Below are positions 57,019 through 64,000 of a DNA stretch of 64,000 bases, piece by piece. This DNA comes from Escherichia coli (GTDB taxonomy: Bacteria > Pseudomonadota > Gammaproteobacteria > Enterobacterales > Enterobacteriaceae). A program made the translations under genes and the position numbers. Position 1 is the stretch's first letter. Each line of letters starts with the position of its first letter. A model generated the notes under the pieces. It was not told the origin of the DNA. It was given only the letters and a program-made list of their open reading frames with translations, and ran no database searches. Where the stretch lies: assembly GCF_030013205.1 (NCBI RefSeq), contig NZ_CP122648.1; one strand, written 5' to 3'.

Positions 57019-58779
57019 ATGACGCAAACATTTATCCCCGGCAAAGATGCCGCACTGGAAGATTCCATCGCTCGCTTCCAGCAAAAACTTTCAGACCTCG
57101 GCTTTCAGATTGAAGAGGCCTCCTGGCTGAATCCGGTGCCTAACGTCTGGTCTGTACATATTCGCGACAAAGAGTGCGCACTGTGTTTTACCAACGGTAA
57201 AGGCGCAACCAAAAAAGCGGCGCTGGCTTCTGCACTCGGTGAATATTTCGAGCGTCTCTCAACCAACTACTTTTTTGCTGATTTCTGGCTGGGCGAAACC
57301 ATCGCCAACGGTCCGTTCGTGCATTATCCCAACGAAAAATGGTTCCCACTGAGCGAAAATGACGATGTGCCAGAAGGGCTGCTCGATGACCGTCTGCGCG
57401 CATTTTACGATCCGGAGAATGAACTGACCGGCAGTATGCTGATTGACCTGCAATCCGGTAACGAAGATCGTGGTATTTGCGGTCTGCCGTTTACGCGCCA
57501 GTCCGACAATCAGATCGTTTATATTCCGATGAATATCATTGGTAATCTGTACGTTTCTAACGGTATGTCCGCTGGCAATACCCGAAACGAAGCACGCGTT
57601 CAGGGGTTGTCCGAAGTTTTCGAACGCTACGTGAAAAACCGCATTATTGCTGAAAGCATCAGCTTGCCGGAAATCCCGGCAGACGTGCTGGCGCGTTACC
57701 CTGCGGTGGTTGAAGCCATCGAAACGCTGGAAGCAGAAGGTTTCCCGATCTTCGCATATGATGGTTCCCTTGGCGGCCAGTATCCGGTGATTTGCGTGGT
57801 TCTGTTTAATCCTGCTAACGGCACCTGCTTTGCCTCTTTCGGTGCACATCCTGATTTTGGCGTAGCACTGGAACGTACCGTGACCGAGCTGCTGCAAGGT
57901 CGTGGCCTGAAAGATTTGGATGTGTTTACTCCGCCAACCTTCGATGATGAAGAAGTTGCTGAACATACCAACCTCGAAACGCACTTTATCGATTCCAGCG
58001 GTTTAATCTCCTGGGACCTGTTCAAGCTGGATGCCGATTATCCGTTTGTGGACTGGAATTTCTCCGGCACTACGGAAGAAGAGTTTGCTACGCTGATGGC
58101 TATCTTCAGCAAAGAAGATAAAGAAGTTTATATTGCCGATTACGAGCATCTGGGCGTTTATGCTTGCCGAATTATCGTGCCTGGCATGTCCGATATTTAT
58201 CCGGCTGAAGATCTGTGGCTGGCGAATAACAGTATGGGCAGCCATTTACGTGAAACGATTCTTTCGTTACCAGGCAGCGAGTGGGAAAAAGAAGATTACC
58301 TGAACCTTATCGAGCAACTGGATGAAGAAGGTTTTGATGACTTTACTCGCGTGCGTGAGCTGTTGGGTCTGGCGACCGGGTCGGATAACGGTTGGTACAC
58401 CCTGCGTATCGGTGAATTAAAAGCCATGCTGGCGCTGGCTGGTGGCGATCTGGAACAGGCTCTGGTCTGGACCGAATGGACGATGGAGTTTAACTCATCA
58501 GTATTTAGTCCGGAACGCGCCAACTATTATCGCTGCCTGCAAACGTTGTTATTACTGGCGCAGGAAGAAGATCGCCAGCCGCTGCAATATTTGAATGCGT
58601 TTGTTCGCATGTACGGCGCAGATGCCGTGGAAGCCGCCAGTGCGGCAATGAGCGGCGAAGCGGCGTTTTATGGCTTGCAACCAGTAGATAGCGATCTGCA
58701 CGCGTTTGCTGCACATCAGTCGTTGTTGAAGGCCTACGAAAAGCTGCAGCGCGCCAAAGCAGCATTCTGGGCAAAATAA
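57019..58779 (+). CDS. ycaO: YcaO-family protein (ribosomal protein S12 methylthiolation accessory factor)
   Basis: ORF track 56986..58779 trimmed to ATG at 57019 (MTQTFIPGKDAALEDSIARFQQKLSDLGF...); 586 aa; matches E. coli YcaO. Confidence 0.93.
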   Translation: MTQTFIPGKDAALEDSIARFQQKLSDLGFQIEEASWLNPVPNVWSVHIRDKECALCFTNGKGATKKAALASALGEYFERLSTNYFFADFWLGETIANGPFVHYPNEKWFPLSENDDVPEGLLDDRLRAFYDPENELTGSMLIDLQSGNEDRGICGLPFTRQSDNQIVYIPMNIIGNLYVSNGMSAGNTRNEARVQGLSEVFERYVKNRIIAESISLPEIPADVLARYPAVVEAIETLEAEGFPIFAYDGSLGGQYPVICVVLFNPANGTCFASFGAHPDFGVALERTVTELLQGRGLKDLDVFTPPTFDDEEVAEHTNLETHFIDSSGLISWDLFKLDADYPFVDWNFSGTTEEEFATLMAIFSKEDKEVYIADYEHLGVYACRIIVPGMSDIYPAEDLWLANNSMGSHLRETILSLPGSEWEKEDYLNLIEQLDEEGFDDFTRVRELLGLATGSDNGWYTLRIGELKAMLALAGGDLEQALVWTEWTMEFNSSVFSPERANYYRCLQTLLLLAQEEDRQPLQYLNAFVRMYGADAVEAASAAMSGEAAFYGLQPVDSDLHAFAAHQSLLKAYEKLQRAKAAFWAK

Positions 58780-59110
58780 AATCAAATAGCCTACGCAATG
58801 TAGGCTTAATGATTCGTCTGAGTTATATTACGGGGCGTTTTTTTAATGCCCCGCTTTACATATATTTGCATTAATAAAATAATTGTAATTATAAAGTTAA
58901 ATATCGGTAATTTGTATTTAATAAATACGATCGATATTGTTACTTTATTCGCCTGGTGCTCCCTTTTAATTAACTGTTTTAGCGGAGGATGCGGAAAAAA
59001 TTCAACTCATTTGTTAATTTTTAAAATTTATTTTTATTTGGATAATCAAATATTTACTCCGTATTTGCATAAAAACCATGCGAGTTACGGGCCTATAAGC
59101 CAGGCGAGAT

Positions 59111-59124
59111 ATGATCTATATCAA
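59111..59124 (+). promoter_or_regulatory. FNR-box-like site (aTGAT-CTAT-ATCAA) in the focA-pflB promoter region
   Basis: Near-consensus TTGAT-N4-ATCAA (9/10) about 60-75 bp upstream of focA GTG, with TAGTAT/TATAAT -10-like hexamers downstream; consistent with the FNR-dependent focA-pfl promoters; embedded in a 400-bp AT-rich regulatory region. Confidence 0.45.
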
Positions 59125-59184
59125 TTTCTCATCTATAATGCTTTGTTAGTATCTCGTCGCCGACTTAATAAAGAGAGAGTTAGT

Positions 59185-60042
59185 GTGAAAGCTGACAACC
59201 CTTTTGATCTTTTACTTCCTGCAGCAATGGCCAAAGTGGCCGAAGAGGCAGGTGTCTATAAAGCAACGAAACATCCGCTTAAGACTTTCTATCTGGCGAT
59301 TACCGCCGGTGTTTTCATCTCAATCGCATTCGTCTTCTATATCACAGCAACCACTGGCACAGGCACAATGCCCTTCGGCATGGCAAAACTGGTTGGCGGC
59401 ATTTGCTTCTCTCTGGGGCTGATTCTTTGTGTTGTCTGCGGAGCCGATCTCTTTACTTCCACAGTGTTGATTGTTGTTGCTAAGGCGAGTGGGCGCATCA
59501 CCTGGGGTCAGTTGGCGAAAAACTGGCTAAATGTCTATTTTGGCAACCTGGTCGGCGCACTGCTGTTTGTACTTTTAATGTGGCTTTCCGGCGAGTATAT
59601 GACCGCAAATGGTCAATGGGGACTAAACGTCCTACAAACCGCCGACCACAAAGTGCATCATACTTTTATTGAGGCCGTCTGTCTTGGTATCCTGGCAAAC
59701 CTGATGGTATGTCTGGCAGTATGGATGAGTTATTCTGGCCGCAGCCTGATGGACAAAGCGTTCATTATGGTGCTGCCGGTCGCGATGTTTGTTGCCAGCG
59801 GTTTTGAGCACAGTATCGCAAACATGTTTATGATCCCGATGGGTATTGTAATCCGCGACTTCGCATCTCCGGAATTCTGGACCGCTGTCGGTTCTGCACC
59901 GGAAAATTTTTCTCACCTGACCGTGATGAACTTCATCACTGATAACCTGATTCCGGTTACGATCGGTAATATTATCGGCGGTGGTTTGTTGGTTGGGTTG
60001 ACATACTGGGTCATTTATCTGCGTGAAAACGATCACCATTAA
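59185..60042 (+). CDS. focA: Formate channel FocA
   Basis: Track ORF 58846..60042 (398 aa) is an in-frame upstream extension through the AT-rich promoter; real start taken as GTG at 59185 after a GAGAGAG RBS-like stretch, giving 285 aa (V/MKADNPFDLLLPAAMAKVAEEAGVYKATKHPLKTFYLAITAGV...) matching E. coli FocA. Confidence 0.9.
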   Translation: MKADNPFDLLLPAAMAKVAEEAGVYKATKHPLKTFYLAITAGVFISIAFVFYITATTGTGTMPFGMAKLVGGICFSLGLILCVVCGADLFTSTVLIVVAKASGRITWGQLAKNWLNVYFGNLVGALLFVLLMWLSGEYMTANGQWGLNVLQTADHKVHHTFIEAVCLGILANLMVCLAVWMSYSGRSLMDKAFIMVLPVAMFVASGFEHSIANMFMIPMGIVIRDFASPEFWTAVGSAPENFSHLTVMNFITDNLIPVTIGNIIGGGLLVGLTYWVIYLRENDHH

Positions 60043-60096
60043 TGGTTGTCGAAGTACGCAGTAAATAAAAAATCCACTTAAGAAGGTAGGTGTTAC

Positions 60097-62379
60097 ATGT
60101 CCGAGCTTAATGAAAAGTTAGCCACAGCCTGGGAAGGTTTTACCAAAGGTGACTGGCAGAATGAAGTAAACGTCCGTGACTTCATTCAGAAAAACTACAC
60201 TCCGTACGAGGGTGACGAGTCCTTCCTGGCTGGCGCTACTGAAGCGACCACCACCCTGTGGGACAAAGTAATGGAAGGCGTTAAACTGGAAAACCGCACT
60301 CACGCGCCAGTTGACTTTGACACCGCTGTTGCTTCCACCATCACCTCTCACGACGCTGGCTACATCAACAAAGCGTTGGAAAAAGTTGTTGGTCTGCAGA
60401 CTGAAGCTCCGCTGAAACGTGCTCTTATCCCGTTCGGTGGTATCAAAATGATCGAAGGTTCCTGCAAAGCGTACAACCGCGAACTGGACCCGATGATCAA
60501 AAAAATCTTCACTGAATACCGTAAAACTCACAACCAGGGCGTGTTCGACGTTTACACTCCGGACATCCTGCGTTGCCGTAAATCCGGTGTTCTGACCGGT
60601 CTGCCAGATGCTTATGGCCGTGGTCGTATCATCGGTGACTACCGTCGCGTTGCGCTGTACGGTATCGACTACCTGATGAAAGACAAACTTGCACAGTTCA
60701 CCTCTCTGCAGGCTGATCTGGAAAACGGCGTAAACCTGGAACAGACTATCCGTCTGCGCGAAGAAATCGCTGAACAGCACCGCGCTCTGGGTCAGATGAA
60801 AGAAATGGCTGCGAAATACGGCTACGACATCTCTGGTCCGGCTACCAACGCTCAGGAAGCTATCCAGTGGACTTACTTTGGCTACCTGGCTGCTGTTAAG
60901 TCTCAGAACGGTGCTGCAATGTCCTTCGGTCGTACCTCCACCTTCCTGGATGTGTACATCGAACGTGACCTGAAAGCTGGCAAGATCACCGAACAAGAAG
61001 CGCAGGAAATGGTTGACCACCTGGTCATGAAACTGCGTATGGTTCGCTTCCTGCGTACTCCGGAATACGATGAACTGTTCTCTGGCGACCCGATCTGGGC
61101 AACCGAATCTATCGGTGGTATGGGCCTCGACGGTCGTACCCTGGTTACCAAAAACAGCTTCCGTTTCCTGAACACCCTGTACACCATGGGTCCGTCTCCG
61201 GAACCGAACATGACCATTCTGTGGTCTGAAAAACTGCCGCTGAACTTCAAGAAATTCGCCGCTAAAGTGTCCATCGACACCTCTTCTCTGCAGTATGAGA
61301 ACGATGACCTGATGCGTCCGGACTTCAACAACGATGACTACGCTATCGCTTGCTGCGTAAGCCCGATGATCGTTGGTAAACAAATGCAGTTCTTCGGTGC
61401 GCGTGCAAACCTGGCGAAAACCATGCTGTACGCAATCAACGGTGGCGTTGACGAAAAACTGAAAATGCAGGTTGGTCCGAAGTCTGAGCCGATCAAAGGC
61501 GATCTCCTGAACTACGATGAAGTGATGGAGCGCATGGATCACTTCATGGACTGGCTGGCTAAACAGTACATCACTGCACTGAACATCATCCACTACATGC
61601 ACGACAAGTACAGCTACGAAGCCTCTCTGATGGCGCTGCACGACCGTGACGTTATCCGCACCATGGCGTGTGGTATCGCTGGTCTGTCCGTTGCTGCTGA
61701 CTCCCTGTCTGCAATCAAATATGCGAAAGTTAAACCGATTCGTGACGAAGACGGTCTGGCTATCGACTTCGAAATCGAAGGCGAATACCCGCAGTTTGGT
61801 AACAACGATCCGCGTGTAGATGACCTGGCTGTTGACCTGGTAGAACGTTTCATGAAGAAAATTCAGAAACTGCACACCTACCGTGACGCTATCCCGACTC
61901 AGTCTGTTCTGACCATCACTTCTAACGTTGTGTATGGTAAGAAAACTGGTAACACCCCAGACGGTCGTCGTGCTGGCGCGCCGTTCGGACCGGGTGCTAA
62001 CCCGATGCACGGTCGTGACCAGAAAGGTGCAGTAGCCTCTCTGACTTCCGTTGCTAAACTGCCGTTTGCTTACGCTAAAGATGGTATCTCCTACACCTTC
62101 TCTATCGTTCCGAACGCACTGGGTAAAGACGACGAAGTTCGTAAGACCAACCTGGCTGGTCTGATGGATGGTTACTTCCACCACGAAGCATCCATCGAAG
62201 GTGGTCAGCACCTGAACGTTAACGTGATGAACCGTGAAATGCTGCTCGACGCGATGGAAAACCCGGAAAAATATCCGCAGCTGACCATCCGTGTATCTGG
62301 CTACGCAGTACGTTTCAACTCGCTGACTAAAGAACAGCAGCAGGACGTTATTACTCGTACCTTCACTCAATCTATGTAA
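60097..62379 (+). CDS. pflB: Pyruvate formate-lyase (formate C-acetyltransferase 1)
   Basis: 760-aa [66 protein letters not shown]... with C-terminal glycyl-radical motif (RVSGYAVRF); matches E. coli PflB. Confidence 0.98.
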   Translation: MSELNEKLATAWEGFTKGDWQNEVNVRDFIQKNYTPYEGDESFLAGATEATTTLWDKVMEGVKLENRTHAPVDFDTAVASTITSHDAGYINKALEKVVGLQTEAPLKRALIPFGGIKMIEGSCKAYNRELDPMIKKIFTEYRKTHNQGVFDVYTPDILRCRKSGVLTGLPDAYGRGRIIGDYRRVALYGIDYLMKDKLAQFTSLQADLENGVNLEQTIRLREEIAEQHRALGQMKEMAAKYGYDISGPATNAQEAIQWTYFGYLAAVKSQNGAAMSFGRTSTFLDVYIERDLKAGKITEQEAQEMVDHLVMKLRMVRFLRTPEYDELFSGDPIWATESIGGMGLDGRTLVTKNSFRFLNTLYTMGPSPEPNMTILWSEKLPLNFKKFAAKVSIDTSSLQYENDDLMRPDFNNDDYAIACCVSPMIVGKQMQFFGARANLAKTMLYAINGGVDEKLKMQVGPKSEPIKGDLLNYDEVMERMDHFMDWLAKQYITALNIIHYMHDKYSYEASLMALHDRDVIRTMACGIAGLSVAADSLSAIKYAKVKPIRDEDGLAIDFEIEGEYPQFGNNDPRVDDLAVDLVERFMKKIQKLHTYRDAIPTQSVLTITSNVVYGKKTGNTPDGRRAGAPFGPGANPMHGRDQKGAVASLTSVAKLPFAYAKDGISYTFSIVPNALGKDDEVRKTNLAGLMDGYFHHEASIEGGQHLNVNVMNREMLLDAMENPEKYPQLTIRVSGYAVRFNSLTKEQQQDVITRTFTQSM

Positions 62380-62419
62380 TTAGTTTTGACTGAAATCGTA
62401 CAGTAAAAAGCGTACAATA

Positions 62420-62447
62420 AAGGCTCCACGAAAGTGGGGCCTTTTTT
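62420..62447 (+). terminator. Rho-independent terminator downstream of pflB
   Basis: 8-bp stem GGCTCCAC / GTGGGGCC (one G-U pair) with GAAA loop followed by T6 run, about 40 bp after pflB stop. Confidence 0.6.
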
Positions 62448-62570
62448 AGCACGAGAGCCTTTTTTGTCAGCTATCTATACTTTAAGGTGACTGCCAAAAC
62501 AGACTCGACGTAGCCTTCGAGCTGCGCACCAACACGGCCTCAGATGGGCCACATCTGGAGAAACACCGCA

Positions 62571-63311
62571 ATGTCAGTTATTGGTCGCATTCACTCCTTT
62601 GAATCCTGTGGAACCGTAGACGGCCCGGGTATTCGCTTTATCACCTTTTTCCAGGGCTGCCTGATGCGCTGCCTGTATTGTCATAACCGCGACACCTGGG
62701 ACACGCATGGCGGTAAAGAAGTTACCGTTGAAGATTTGATGAAGGAAGTGGTGACCTATCGCCACTTTATGAACGCTTCCGGCGGCGGCGTTACCGCATC
62801 CGGCGGTGAAGCAATCCTGCAAGCTGAGTTTGTTCGTGACTGGTTCCGCGCCTGCAAAAAAGAAGGCATTCATACCTGTCTGGATACCAACGGTTTTGTT
62901 CGTCGTTACGATCCGGTGATTGATGAACTGCTGGAAGTAACCGACCTGGTAATGCTCGATCTCAAACAGATGAACGACGAGATCCACCAAAATCTGGTTG
63001 GAGTTTCCAACCACCGCACGCTGGAGTTCGCCAAATATCTGGCGAACAAAAATGTGAAGGTGTGGATCCGCTACGTTGTTGTCCCAGGCTGGTCTGACGA
63101 TGACGATTCAGCGCATCGCCTCGGTGAATTTACCCGTGATATGGGCAACGTTGAGAAAATCGAGCTTCTCCCCTACCACGAACTGGGCAAACACAAATGG
63201 GTGGCGATGGGTGAAGAATACAAACTTGATGGTGTTAAACCACCGAAGAAAGAGACCATGGAACGCGTGAAAGGCATTCTTGAGCAGTACGGTCATAAGG
63301 TAATGTTCTAA
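62571..63311 (+). CDS. pflA: Pyruvate formate-lyase activating enzyme (radical SAM)
   Basis: ORF track 62544..63311 trimmed to ATG at 62571 ([43 protein letters not shown], CxxxCxxC radical-SAM cluster motif); 246 aa; matches E. coli PflA. Confidence 0.96.
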   Translation: MSVIGRIHSFESCGTVDGPGIRFITFFQGCLMRCLYCHNRDTWDTHGGKEVTVEDLMKEVVTYRHFMNASGGGVTASGGEAILQAEFVRDWFRACKKEGIHTCLDTNGFVRRYDPVIDELLEVTDLVMLDLKQMNDEIHQNLVGVSNHRTLEFAKYLANKNVKVWIRYVVVPGWSDDDDSAHRLGEFTRDMGNVEKIELLPYHELGKHKWVAMGEEYKLDGVKPPKKETMERVKGILEQYGHKVMF

Positions 63312-63321
63312 TTTCCCCGTA

Positions 63322-63354
63322 AAGCGGCAACTTTTTTGAGTTGCCGCTTTTTTA
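63322..63354 (+). terminator. Rho-independent terminator downstream of pflA
   Basis: 10-bp stem AAGCGGCAAC / GTTGCCGCTT with 8-nt loop followed by T-rich tract. Confidence 0.7.
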
Positions 63355-63520
63355 TTCCGCTCTGCATAAATAATTCAGAGCTCTATTTCTAACGCCCTTA
63401 CAGCACAGCTTCCAAATGTATTACCCAAACCGCCAGTATATGTCCTGCGGCTTACGCGCATTTCTCGATTATGTAAAAACGGGTCAGATCTGCCAGAGTC
63501 AGCGTCACCGACCACAATAA

Positions 63521-64000
63521 TTATTTACCATTCGCTTTACGCGCCAGCAGCGGGAATATCAGTCCTAATCCTACCAACACAAACGGCGTTGCAACATTCA
63601 GCGCCAACTGGAAGGTCCACTCTGCAGTGAAGGCTTCCATTTTCGGGAAGATCCCCGTCAAACAGGCAAAGGCGGTAAAGGCAAAACACCAAATCCCGAC
63701 GGTCATTGCCAGAGGCTTATTACGAATAAAGACATATTCTGGTTTATATTTCTGCGCCAGGCGAACGACTGCAATAAATGCAACAAATACCCATAAATAA
63801 CGCAGCGGCATCACTACCGAGTTAAGATTCAACAGCCATTTATAGAGATTGTTCATATCACCAATGCCGAGAGTCGGTAGCATTATCAGGATCGCCACCA
63901 GCACCAGGGTCAGAAAATAGCCATTAACGGGCGTACCAGAAGCGTTGGTACGACATAAACTGGCTGGAATATATTTGCTGTCAGCATCGCCTAATAACAC
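63521..64000 (-). CDS. Amino-acid/polyamine-type permease, C-terminal part only (gene continues beyond the window edge)
   Basis: 159 in-window codons ending at stop 63521; strongly hydrophobic with several predicted TM segments (e.g. YFLTLVLVAILIMLPTLGIG, LWVFVAFIAVV, VGIWCFAFTAFACLTGIF, ATPFVLVGLGLIFPLL); by position and strand could be ycaM, but the sequence is not recognised with certainty. Confidence 0.6.
   Translation of the reverse strand: MLLGDADSKYIPASLCRTNASGTPVNGYFLTLVLVAILIMLPTLGIGDMNNLYKWLLNLNSVVMPLRYLWVFVAFIAVVRLAQKYKPEYVFIRNKPLAMTVGIWCFAFTAFACLTGIFPKMEAFTAEWTFQLALNVATPFVLVGLGLIFPLLARKANGK

Noticed and set aside
58846-59184. Upstream 113-codon extension of the focA ORF in the track (398 aa)
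   Set aside because: The extension runs through the AT-rich promoter region with no ATG or RBS context; the known FocA N-terminus (V/MKADNPFDLL) begins at GTG 59185.
60118-62370. 750-aa open reading frame antisense to pflB; similar long antisense ORFs at 49770..50909 (opposite rpsA), 20178..21527 (opposite pepN), 26172..26960 (opposite ompF) and many opposite mukB
   Set aside because: These antisense frames are in exact codon register with the sense genes. Antisense stops would require sense codons TTA, CTA or TCA, which highly expressed E. coli genes avoid. They are codon-bias shadows, not genes.

Overview
This window is a gene-dense stretch of Escherichia coli-type core chromosome, matching the K-12 ompA-to-pflA interval (b0957 down to b0902) in inverted orientation. 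I call 51 protein-coding genes; all look intact, with lengths matching the K-12 proteins as I recall them. These include rmf (55 aa), which the ORF track missed. Several track ORFs were trimmed to their real start codons, and focA uses a GTG start. I found no rRNA, tRNA, CRISPR array, prophage, integrase, restriction-modification or toxin-antitoxin signature. I do not see evidence for a previously undescribed biological system. The only mobile DNA is one IS200 copy (tnpA only) between aroA and ycaL. Three further differences from K-12 are inferred from memory of the reference, not from a database search: ssuE directly abuts pyrD (the elf/ycbQRSTUVF fimbrial operon is absent), ompA carries a variant surface-loop allele, and pflA is followed directly by a permease gene (ycaK-ycaN apparently absent). 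Terminators and operator sites were found by reading the sequence; their coordinates are approximate to a few bp. Long ORFs antisense to pflB, rpsA, pepN, ompF and mukB are codon-bias artefacts.
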